Assembly (NCBI GenBank): GCA_977862235.1
Contig: OZ374565.1
Location: 1,426,001-1,490,000, forward strand
Reading direction: 5' to 3'
Source: Dudresnaya verticillata
Lineage: Eukaryota
DNA length: 64,000 bases
The notes under the pieces were generated by a model that was not told where the DNA came from, ran no database searches, and saw only the letters and a list, made by a program, of their open reading frames with translations. The translations under genes were made by a program, and so were the position numbers. Shown piece after piece: positions 10,387 to 20,474 of the stretch (position 1 is the stretch's first letter; each line of letters starts with the position of its first letter).

Positions 10387-12324
10387 TCAGTTAACAGGCG
10401 TAAGCTTGTTGACGGCCGAGTGAGAAAAGTCGCTGTCGGTCTCCACTCCCAAGCAAAGCGGCCACTTCTTCCACACCCCCTTCTCCACTATATGGAAACC
10501 CATCATGTCAACATCTCTCTCACCCAACCACTTGCGTTCAAGCAAGGAAACGTCCCCCGTGGTTCTCGTTGCTCTAAATATCGAACGGAAGCATTGTCCA
10601 CCAACTGACATACATTCACAGATGACCTCAAAAATGTCGGATTCAAGCTCTCCCTCTAGTTCGAGAAGAGAAGGTCTCGAATAAACAATGAGGCCCCTAA
10701 ACTGTTCCAGCAACCTTGATGCGTTATGCCGCGCTTGCAAAGGAGCTCGTCTACTAGAACGCCGACCCCTGTTGATGAAGAAGTCCAGTCCCTGATCACC
10801 ATTGACAAAGTTCGTTTCCATTAAACCTGGCAGTGGAACTAACATGTTGAGAGTCACTTGAGAGCGATAGACGAAGTCATCTTCAAAGTCCTCACCGCTG
10901 GCAATGCTCCACGGCCCATAACCGTATAAACCATTGAGCATATTCCGCCCGTACTGTCGGCTAATTTCATCCACATCGGCAGAATAACTTTCCCTTGCAG
11001 CCTGCCAGTTCTCCGACACAAGATCGAGCCCCACTCGAATGAGGCCCTTACCGAGCATCCCAGCCATTTCCTCGAGACGAATCCACATACTGCCCATGGC
11101 CTGGCCCCGCGTCCACACTGCGATTACACAGAACTTTACGAACGGAGCCACCCCTTCTTCAAACCAAATTGTTCGATCTCTACTCCGGCCGCCAGGCCTT
11201 GCGTTTTGTGCGAAGTCGGTCCAGACGTGGGTAAAACCGTTTTCCTTCAATGCGCTTATGGCGATCTTCAAGTCTGCTTCGTCAATCTTGACAGGCACTT
11301 TTCGATCTTCGTTTTGCTCTCCATGCACGTGCGGAAGAAAATGTTTGTATGAAAGTGCGGCGACTTTATCATTATTGGCTGCAGTATAATTCTCAAGCGA
11401 GCGCAGCTGATCCACGGCGGCGTCTGAATCTTGCAAACAGCTAGCAATTGCTTCTAGTTCCTGGACAGAAAGAATCCCAGCACCAAAACATGGCTCAATC
11501 CAGTTCATTTCTCTCCAGGCTGGATTCTGTACAAATCCAGGATAAAACCAGGTGAGTCCATAGAAGAGAGAGGTTTTTGGGAATATGAGGTGTAGAATGG
11601 CAGTCACAGTAGCGAAGATCGCTGTGAGTCGTATGTAGGTCGGGGGGCGAGGCATTGCAATGTGGATGAAAAGTTGCGGGAGGGAGAAGTGGAGGATGCG
11701 TGGAGTAACTACGGAGCTGAGCGTTGGGTTTGGGAGCGAGACGTGGTGGTAATAGCGGTTGGCAATTCTCACAGCTGTTGTGAAGATGAACGTGACGAGC
11801 AAAGAGGCTGCTCCGCAGCAGAGAAAAAAAGCGAGGAGCATGTGTATGTGCCCCCCGCTGGACGCGGCGGAGCAGACTGTAGTCCATAAATACGCGATAG
11901 CAAGCTCTGCCAACATGAGTCGAGACGAAGGATCCATAGTATCGTAGGAGAAATAGTATTCCATAAACGAAGCATATAATATGTTGCCAACGGTAACGCG
12001 GCTTCTGTCCAGAAAGCGCTGAGGTTTGTAGATGATGCCCATGAAGAGGTCGGAGCAGAAGTAGGCGAGAAAGCTGGCTCGCACGGCGTGCAACAGGAAC
12101 CTCCGAAGGTTGCATACATACCGCGATGACTTGCGCTGGTGCAGAAGAGACCAAAAGGCGATGCTGACTCTCTTGTACCGAGATCGAAACAGGATGCTCA
12201 TGACGAGATGAACGCCAATTATCACAACGAGGATGGTTGCAGATAGCCCTGAGATATTTTCCTCGCCGTTGAGACAGACCAGCTGGATAAAGGTATATTG
12301 CAGGACGAAAGAACTGTGTGCCAT
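10387..12324 (-). CDS. 645-aa multi-pass membrane protein with HET/TIR-like domain
   Basis: Intact long ORF with 4-6 hydrophobic segments in the N-terminal 260 aa. Then VAALSYKH (11341-11364), ALKENGFTHVWTD (to 11215) and SMWIRLEE (11068-11091), in the order of the ALSY / WID / RxWxxQE motifs of HET (PF06985) and the SY / vWxD / SxWCxxE motifs of TIR domains. Confidence 0.7.
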   Translation of the reverse strand: MAHSSFVLQYTFIQLVCLNGEENISGLSATILVVIIGVHLVMSILFRSRYKRVSIAFWSLLHQRKSSRYVCNLRRFLLHAVRASFLAYFCSDLFMGIIYKPQRFLDRSRVTVGNILYASFMEYYFSYDTMDPSSRLMLAELAIAYLWTTVCSAASSGGHIHMLLAFFLCCGAASLLVTFIFTTAVRIANRYYHHVSLPNPTLSSVVTPRILHFSLPQLFIHIAMPRPPTYIRLTAIFATVTAILHLIFPKTSLFYGLTWFYPGFVQNPAWREMNWIEPCFGAGILSVQELEAIASCLQDSDAAVDQLRSLENYTAANNDKVAALSYKHFLPHVHGEQNEDRKVPVKIDEADLKIAISALKENGFTHVWTDFAQNARPGGRSRDRTIWFEEGVAPFVKFCVIAVWTRGQAMGSMWIRLEEMAGMLGKGLIRVGLDLVSENWQAARESYSADVDEISRQYGRNMLNGLYGYGPWSIASGEDFEDDFVYRSQVTLNMLVPLPGLMETNFVNGDQGLDFFINRGRRSSRRAPLQARHNASRLLEQFRGLIVYSRPSLLELEGELESDIFEVICECMSVGGQCFRSIFRATRTTGDVSLLERKWLGERDVDMMGFHIVEKGVWKKWPLCLGVETDSDFSHSAVNKLTPVN

Positions 12325-12969
12325 TGTTCTCAGCGAGCTATTCTGTGCTGGAACGGAGCGAACGGCAGAAGCTGTTTCTTCCGTTCACCCCGTCTCCTTC
12401 ACGTCTCCTTTTCCAAGGAGGGGGGTGGAGCGTGGGGATCAGGGTTCGGAGCCGCAAACTTCCCCTGTATTCTCTCGCACTTGAACTTGACCCGGAGGAT
12501 CCGGACGGTGAGAGCAATGCGTTTTCCACCGCATTTCCACACACGCAGCGGAAAGAGATACATTGCTGGAAGCTTCCGGCGACTGTCAGCGAGTTGGACG
12601 GCTCCAACTGGCGATCCCGTTGCTCCATTTGGTTTCATAAAAGTAACTAAATAATTCGGTTGTAACCCCCGAGGAAAGGAAAAAGGCGAAGTTGAGTGAT
12701 ATGTGCTTAGAGCTGCCCGTGCTCGAGCTTGACCAGACCACAGCTGTTACTGATTCAGATCAGCTTCTCGCCATGCCAGCGATGCGTCGGCCTTGCTGGC
12801 GCCAACAGTTTCTGAATTCGAGAGTCTTAACACTGTGATCCCTCCCTGACACTCCCCGTCCCTCTCTTGGCGATTGAGGTTGCTGCGAGATGCTTTTCAC
12901 CGATATCGGCAGGTGGCCAGTGTTGCCTGCCGCCCTGCTGTCTTAATGAGGGGGTAAACGTCACTTTAC

Positions 12970-13430
12970 GAAAGCATGAAGCTAGAGCATCCCTACTGGA
13001 TACTCTTAAGCACTACGTAGGACGCAAATCTGCAGGAGTCAAGCGGCAACGATTGACGCTCACGGCGACAAACTGCGTAACAAACGAGACAAGACGATTC
13101 AAGAGAGCATGTTTCTCAGCAAGCGGGCAAGTGCCTTTCTTTTCGGCAAGAAAGTTGGCGAAGACTTGAGCGCCGATGTCGAAGCCAGCACCGAGGCGCC
13201 CATATATATCAATGACCATCGGGTACAGCTCGATGTCATATTGATCACAAACAGCGCGGTAATAGTTACGTTTCGCCCTCTCGCGGGCAAGGATGGCCTG
13301 ACCAGAGACGCGACCGGTTCTGCCCGGCAATGAATGGCGACTCACTGCAGAGACATCGAACGCTTGTGCTATAGGGGCAAAGCTGCGATCCTCCACGTTG
13401 ATGTCTAGGCGAAGCGGGTCGCGGGTGGGG
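12970..13430 (-). mobile_element. CRE/R2-type non-LTR retrotransposon 3' fragment (RLE endonuclease end)
   Basis: AFDVSAV...ERAKRNYY...ELYPMVIDIYGRLG...VAVSVNR, homologous to the ORFs at 22032-22913 and 28447-28698; 3' hairpin AGAGTATCC-AGTAG-GGATGCTCT. Confidence 0.75.
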
Positions 13431-13775
13431 TCAGAAGGATCGACAAAGGGCTCTTACAATGAGGTAACCATGTCTCGCCGAGGAACGTTTTCGCATCTCT
13501 TTCGCGAGAGAATGAGATAAATTATTAAGATTTGCTGACCTGCTCCGGCCAGTCCAATTTAGACATGGATGCACACACTGAAGATGGGAATTTCTATCAC
13601 AAAGGTGCACAATTAAAGGTTTTGCCCCTATCACCACTGCAAAAACTTCTGCCCGTTGTCGATGGTATCCTTCCTACGTTCTAGCCTGTTCTGAGCTACT
13701 GAACTACTGGGACTATTCCTATAGAATCTGTCCGACAGTTGAGGGAAAGTCGGTAGTGTACGTGTCGCTGAGTAC

Positions 13776-14257
13776 TTAACTCACCTGTTTAACAGGGCCG
13801 AAGATTTCGAAGTCAACAGCACAGCTAGCAGATTTCAGCTGGCAACCCGAGCAATGCTTCCTACCGGTGTTCTCAATTGGCCGTTGGTCCTCGGGCAAGC
13901 AGAAGAGCGGGCAAGCAAAGTCGCACTGCTTCTTCTTCTGCGGTGTGCCGGCCCATTTCCCACATGTCGTGAACACCATGTTGATGATGTCTATGCATCT
14001 TGCGTTTGCGCCCTTCGAAGTGCAGAACTGCATCGAGCAACTGTTCAGTATAGGAAGCGTTGGGTTGGGAAGCGGCGTCGGTTTCGGCTGGACGGGTCCG
14101 TAGATCTCGTAGCTTACTTTGCAGCTCGTCTGGCGGAGGTGGCACAGAGAACAATATTTCTTTCCGTCGCTGCCGAGCGGGCGGCCTACGAAGCAAACAT
14201 CCGGGCCTGCAAAGTCACATTTCTTCTTCGACTCTTCTGTTCTAGAGAACAAGTAGC
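13776..14257 (-). pseudogene. 3' half of a secreted three-repeat Kazal-like Cys-rich protein, split by gypsy insertion
   Basis: PLGSDGKKYCSLCHL and ENTGRKHCSGCQL repeats; joins in frame to 19973-20474 once the element and one AGTT copy are removed. Confidence 0.85.
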
Positions 14258-14261
14258 AGTT

Positions 14262-14714
14262 TGTAAACTCCGTGGTGTGTTCTTGATACTTCCTTGAAAA
14301 CTGTGTTGCCCCTTCTCGACCTTCCGCCGAGATGGAGCAGTCTTCATACTAATCCTTGTTCGTGCTCCTCCCCAGAGCGGTAGAGTGAGGAGTAGAACTG
14401 TTACTATTCATTTCTAGAACAGTAGCCCGTAGGAACCTAAACAGTACTCTACAAGCTGAATATTACTGCAATCTAGACAATGCTCTGCAAGCGATTGCCT
14501 GCCGTAACGTAAGTAATACTCTACAAGCGGTAGTGCACAGCAGAGCAAACAATACCCTGCAAGCAGTAACTCCCAGCAACGGATACATTACTCTACAAAT
14601 TGGGTGCTCGTTTCAGAGCTTAAAGAAAACACCGCTTGTTCCACGAACACATCGTTCGTTCCACGAACGGAGTAATTCATGGCTTGAAGATCTCGCTAGT
14701 CCAATCTCTCTACA
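14262..14714 (-). repeat. 3' LTR of the 14-20 kb gypsy
   Basis: Direct repeat of 19520-19972. Confidence 0.95.
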
Positions 14715-17592
14715 GGGCCCCATGCATGCGTGCTTGTGCGTATGCAATAACCAAGAGAGATCTGCAAATCTTGGCACGCCTTCTTGGCGAGCTTGCGTTT
14801 CTTAGTTCCTGACAGGAATTCTTTCACCTTTTCCGGCACGTCCTCGTAAAGCTGTTGTAGAGATTGCCATGTCCAATCAGGGCGGTCTGGCTGCCCGAGC
14901 CATTGCACTTGAATAAATATCCCGTCGTGCGCTTCTCCAATATCAAGGAGCTTGTCGACCATTTCGAAGTGGGACTCTGTATGCTGAGCCTGGCGAAGTA
15001 GCGCTGTGGATACAGCAGTACCATCCATCTTTGTTCTGTACAGCATAAGCCTTGCTGCATGTACCACCTCCACCTTTCCATCAGTTAAACCGGTGACCTC
15101 ATAAATAGAATGACTGATCGTCCGTGAGATTCTGCGCGGACCAAGCCATCGAAATTGCAGCTTGTGACCCTTGTCTTGGGCTCTCCGAACCACAACGAAG
15201 TCGCCAACATCAAAGTGAGGTGTTACCAGGTTGGTACGTTTGTTATGGTGGTCTATCTGCTTGCGTCGGGACCTGGTTACCCGCTGAGATACTTCTTTGT
15301 GCATATGCTCCAGTGCATTTTGTAGTGCGTCAATCTTGATAAGCTGCCTTGCCCTAACTTGGGTAATTTCCTCAATATCACCACTACCTTCATACGTGAT
15401 TGGCAAAGTCCTGCGAGTAGGCCTAATCCCAGTCATGACTTCTAAGGGTGTGCGATCTGTGCCATCTTCACGCGTTCCCAATCTCTTCAGTGGTGCCTCG
15501 TTCAAAGCAGACATAACTATGTCAATCATCAGGGGCCAGTCCTGCGGACCTAGCTGGAACTTGGATAAGAGTGCCGTGCATGCCGCACGAATGTGTTTCA
15601 TACAAACCTCAACTGTTCCATTAACCCAAGGAGAGTAGGCTACAGTAAATTGATGCGTAACCTTATACAACTTCGCCATTTCTTCCATAACTTTGTTTTT
15701 GAAATGTGACCCTTCGTCGCTCACCCAATATTCCATTGCCGTGAACACCCTAATCCATCTTGATATATGCTTCGCGGCAGCCGCTGAGTTCGCTGCTACG
15801 CAGGGGCAAAGCCACACATAAGTCGATAGGTCATCCCTTATTACCAACACATAGTGGAGCCCATCCTTTCCAATCCCCATGAAAATAAAATCAAAGTGCA
15901 CAACCTCATTGGGATTTGTCCCATGAAGGGTGAGTGATATCGGTCGTGGTACCCGTTGACCTCCCTTGGAAATAATACAGTGCAGACAACCGGCCACAAA
16001 CTCCCGAACATCGTCCCCCATCGAATCCCAGAAGAACTGCTCCTTTAACCGACTCAGTGTCGAGTCACAGCCACGGTGCCCGACATCCCCGCAGTGATTA
16101 GTTACCAAAAGCTTCATCTGAAGCTCGATATCTTTTTCTGGTATCCAAATGCGGCCATTCTTCCTCCACAGTCCATCTTCACCACACAGTAGATCTCCAG
16201 GACGTTTCCCAGCATCGTCTTGCGCCTTTTTGACCACTTCCTTAGCAGGCATATCAAATGCTTGACTGCTTCGGGTCCTTACGAGGTCTTCTGATCTCAT
16301 CAAACTTGTTATACGCCTTGCCATCTTGCGCTTTCCACGATACCCTGCGTACCATCTTGTCATCAAATCAGCAGCAACATTCTTTTCGCCGCTAATATGT
16401 TCTATCGTGTACATAAATCTCGATAAGAACAGTGCCCATCTTTGCACCTTGTTCACAATATGTCTCCCTAGCAATGGATTCAGGGCAGTCGGGTTATAGA
16501 CGAACAAAAGGTTTCGATGATCTGTAAATAAATGTATGTCATCTTCGCATGCCAACATGAAATCCATTTTCTCGAATGCTTGGAAGACGGCGTAGGCCTC
16601 TTTTTCAAAAGTACTCCAGTTCTGTTGAGTCTCATTGAAAGCCGAACCTAAAATGCCAGGGGCTCATGCCTTTGATCCTGTACTGGAAGACCCAAACAAA
16701 TTTCATCACACTGAGTCAATACGGCCGCCCAATGCTCATCAGAAGCATCTGTAAAAACACAGACCGCCTTGGACTGATCCCGATGGGCAAGTCTAACTGC
16801 CTTCTTCAGCTGTTCTTGTAAGCTATCGAAAGCTTTGGAATGCACAGGGCCCCAGGACAACGATGATAGCCTTATGCCCTGAATGGAACGTGATGTACGT
16901 TTTCCCGATTGAGCATACGCTTGTTCAAGCAAATATCTCAGCGGTGCAACCCTCGAAGCAAAGTCAGGTATGTAATTTGACATCCATTGCAGACAGTTGA
17001 CGAACTGCGACAATTCTGCTGCTGTCACCGGGTAGAATCCTGATTTCAATCCACTTAAGCGTCGGGGGTCACACTCCACGCCACTATCATCGACAACTTA
17101 ACCGAACCACTGCAGCTTACGGTCAAACAGTACAGACTTCTTAGCAGAGATTTTGAGGTTTCGTTCCTTGCAAATCGTAAAGAAACTGCCCAGGTGGACA
17201 AGAAGCCTTTCTTCTGAGTCGGCATGGACTCCAAAGTCATCCAACCATGCTTTCACAGCCTTCCCCATAGACTGGAAGCAAGGTTCGACTCGAGATTGGA
17301 AATTCTGGACTGCATTCATGCCACCCTGTAATGTCCTCGTAGGCTTGTAGACTCCAGCAGGTGTAACGAAACTGTGGTACCCTTGGCTTTCCTCATGCAG
17401 TGGCATTTGCTAGTAGCCAGCACAAAAATCAATGCTGGCGAAGTAGCCACTTCCCGCAAAGTCTAGGAGCTCGGACTGTATATGTGGCATAGGCCAGGCT
17501 ACCGACTTTGTACACTGGTTAACGCGCCGAAGATCGAATGTCATACGGTACTTGTTAGAGCCAGGTTTTTGCACCAGCAAGGGTGGTGATGT
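14696..17592 (-). pseudogene. pol: pol: RT (WLDD), RNase H (TDAS), integrase (HHCC, DDE), C-terminal chromodomain; stops and frameshift
   Basis: ORFs 17098-17406, 16648-17079 and 14696-16567; motifs GHRG..CLHC, VSDEGSHF, NGTVE, WLGP, IQVQWLG..WTWQ. Confidence 0.9.
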
Positions 17593-19431
17593 TCACTCTG
17601 CATTCTTGTTGGGCACAGCCATACCAAACTGCACTAGTCTGTCAACCAGTCTCTTCATATAGTCTCTCTGCTCTGCTGGATAGCGACGAACTTTGGACAT
17701 GTATGGTACGGCATCTGGAATCATAGTTATGCGCATTGGTTCAACTTTGGCCGGCGGCCCTGGACCTAGCCGGACCCGAAACACATCACGAAACTCTGCC
17801 AACATGTGTTCCAACTTGTCCTTGCCAGTGTTTGAGATTCCACGTTCGACAGTGGATGACACCATTCCCTGGAGTGCCTGATCAAGTTCCGGCTTGGTGT
17901 CTACACCCAACTCCGTTCGTTGTTCAGATAGACCAGCCTCATCCGAATTCTCCGCCGCGCGGTCTGAATGAAACACACCTGAAGAGAGAATTCCTGCAAT
18001 AGAACCTTTGGGGTAGTCCCTATCCATGACCTCGAAAGCGCCAACGTCTCCACGATATCTATCACATGCCGCCTCCATGACCTTCTTCGTGTTAAGTCCT
18101 AAAGCCTCTTGTATTGGCTTGCCCAGTAGCGGTTCGTCCACGTGTTCAACAGCAACGAACCAGCGAAGGTTCCGAATCATCAACGACTTTCCATGCCTGA
18201 TATGCAGTTCAATGTTCAAGACAACCTCCCGGTTGCAACTCACAAATAATTCAGAGGCGGCGAGCGAAAACTTCTTAGGGGTGCTGAATTCCCGCACAGT
18301 CATCTCTGCTCGTCGTTCAACAAGCTCAACGAATACATCAGATGGGAGCAAGTTGATGTCTGAGCCCCCATCAGCACATAACTTTGCTTGAACCATCTTA
18401 GCAAAAGTAACGCCCATTATCGTAGAGTGTTTATCCTTATCACCATGTCCTTTCCCTTCCTTACATGATATCTGCTTGGCTTTCTGCCGTTTAGTCTCCA
18501 TCAGCTCTCGAATTAGCTCCTTAGCTCTTTCAGGACTCGTCTTTGGGCATTTTCCCACACCACCCTTGTGTTTTATACCCTTGGCTTTACAGTCCTCATT
18601 GAGGCACAGCAGCTCTGGAGAATTGTTATCACTTGAATCGCTCTTGATGTTCTTCTTTGACGCAGCACCGTCTTTCTCCTTGCCAGCGCGGCCACCCTTC
18701 GAACCCGACTCCTTTTGTAGGACATTCTTGTCATTACGTCCTCGGCCAGGGTTTAAACGAGCCTGGATTATGGATTCCTTCCGAAGCATAACTACGTACG
18801 CTTTGACGTCCTTAGCAATTCCCGGCTGATATTCTAGTCGGGCTTCCATTGCCGTTTTAAGATGAGCGGGATACAAGCGCTCCTGAAGTAACTTGACCGT
18901 CTTTTTCGGATTGCGATCCTTAAAGTCCCCATATCCGACACCTTCTAGAAGTTGGAAGATACTGTGGACGTACTGCAATACCCGAGCCTTGAGGTCCACA
19001 ATAGACATGGGCATACGAACATTTTTCAATGCTTCCTCTATGACCCTCGGGTCAATATCCTCATCTTTCTTCTTGGCCACAATTCCTTTTTCATACGATT
19101 CAATATGAGCAGAAGTAAGCTCCTCAAATCCGACACCTTCTGCGGCATCTTCCATTTCTCCGAGTCCATATAGCGTCTTCAATAGGCTTCGGTCCACCGA
19201 AACCTTGAAAGACGCAACCGACATGGAGGGAACCATCTTCTGCTTCTCAACCACCTCATCAACGTAGCGCTCCCGCTCCCTCATGAACAATGAAACCTTG
19301 ATAGGATCAATACTCCTCAGAACTGGATGCTGGACTGGGGCAAATAGAGCACTAGCTCCAAGCCCACGTGAAGCTGCAGATTTGTCGCCATCCTCTTCAT
19401 CGCCTGACCCACTTCTTGTGACAGGCGGCAT
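17593..19431 (-). CDS. gag: gag-protease polyprotein start (ends at a probable TGG>TGA stop)
   Basis: 612-aa ORF; knuckle-like CLNEDC..KH....KC, protease-like CADGGSD and PLLG, running into RT N-terminus. Confidence 0.8.
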   Translation of the reverse strand: MPPVTRSGSGDEEDGDKSAASRGLGASALFAPVQHPVLRSIDPIKVSLFMRERERYVDEVVEKQKMVPSMSVASFKVSVDRSLLKTLYGLGEMEDAAEGVGFEELTSAHIESYEKGIVAKKKDEDIDPRVIEEALKNVRMPMSIVDLKARVLQYVHSIFQLLEGVGYGDFKDRNPKKTVKLLQERLYPAHLKTAMEARLEYQPGIAKDVKAYVVMLRKESIIQARLNPGRGRNDKNVLQKESGSKGGRAGKEKDGAASKKNIKSDSSDNNSPELLCLNEDCKAKGIKHKGGVGKCPKTSPERAKELIRELMETKRQKAKQISCKEGKGHGDKDKHSTIMGVTFAKMVQAKLCADGGSDINLLPSDVFVELVERRAEMTVREFSTPKKFSLAASELFVSCNREVVLNIELHIRHGKSLMIRNLRWFVAVEHVDEPLLGKPIQEALGLNTKKVMEAACDRYRGDVGAFEVMDRDYPKGSIAGILSSGVFHSDRAAENSDEAGLSEQRTELGVDTKPELDQALQGMVSSTVERGISNTGKDKLEHMLAEFRDVFRVRLGPGPPAKVEPMRITMIPDAVPYMSKVRRYPAEQRDYMKRLVDRLVQFGMAVPNKNAE

Positions 19432-19519
19432 TTTGAACAGAGTGTTCCAATCGCTCTCCTAGCGATAAATTCAGCACACAACACGTTCTGGTCCCCTGCA
19501 GGTATAGAACAGAAATTTC

Positions 19520-19972
19520 TGTAAACTCCGTGGTGTGTTCTTGATACTTCCTTGAAAACTGTGTTGCCCCTTCTCGACCTTCCGCCGAGATGGAGCAGTC
19601 TTCATACTAATCCTTGTTCGTGCTCCTCCCCAGAGCGGTAGAGTGAGGAGTAGAACTGTTACTATTCATTTCTAGAACAGTAGCCCGTAGGAACCTAAAC
19701 AGTACTCTACAAGCTGAATACTACTGCAATCTAGACAATGCTCTGTAAGCGATTGCCTGCCGTAACGTAAGTAATACTCTACAAGCGGTAGTGCACAGCA
19801 GAGCAAACAATACCCTGCAAGCAGTAACTCCCAGCAACGGATACATTACTCTACAAATTGGGTGCTCGTTTCAGAGCTTAAAGAAAACACCGTTTGTTCC
19901 ACGAACACATCGTTCGTTCCACGAACGGAGTAATTAATGGCTTGAAGATCTCGCTAGTCCAATCTCTCTACA
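19520..19972 (-). repeat. 5' LTR of the 14-20 kb gypsy
   Basis: Direct repeat of 14262-14714. Confidence 0.95.
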
Positions 19973-20474
19973 AGTTGATTACCGTTCCAGTGAAGGTGCA
20001 CGGCGGTAAGGCACCTCTTGCAGTGCAGTATCGCATAGAGCATATAGGTGGGGGTTTTTTCGTTGGCGCAGTTGAGACCAGGTCGCGCACGACGGCGCGC
20101 TCAGTGTTCGCCTTCGTGTTGTGCCTGGTCTTCTCGGAGAGGGGCGGATAAGAAATTGGACCGTAGATCTTGAATCCAACCTTGCAAGAGAATACATGGA
20201 GATGGCACCGGGTGCAGTGCGGCTTTCCATCACTGCCATAGACCGGCAAGAAATAGCAACTGTTTGAGCAGGTCTTGGAGAGGCGCGAGCAAGAGATCAC
20301 GGCGTCTTTTGTAGTGGCGTATTTGGCACATGAGATGTAGCCATATGGGCTCCAGCAAGTAGCTCTGCTGCCAAAGGTGCCACAGAACGTGGCTGAGCAT
20401 GTCGCGCCAGTGGGTTTCGAGAAGGCAACAGAGGCTACTGCTGCGAAGAGGAAGAGAACTGTTACGCGCTGCAT
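19973..20474 (-). pseudogene. 5' half of the secreted Kazal-like Cys-rich protein
   Basis: Signal peptide MQRVTVLFLFAAVASVAFS, PVYGSDGKPHCTRCHL motif, TATATAAA at 20557-20564. Confidence 0.85.

Larger units (their letters stand above)
14262..19972 (-). mobile_element. Full-length Ty3/gypsy chromovirus-type LTR retrotransposon (mutated)
   Basis: 453-bp LTRs 14262-14714 and 19520-19972 (TGT...ACA, about 4 differences seen), 4-bp TSD AGTT, order gag-PR-RT-RH-IN-chromodomain. Confidence 0.95.

Noticed and set aside
19489..19510. TGGTCCCCTGCAGG as PBS of the 14-20 kb gypsy
   Set aside because: It is on the strand opposite gag-pol and does not directly follow an LTR 3' end
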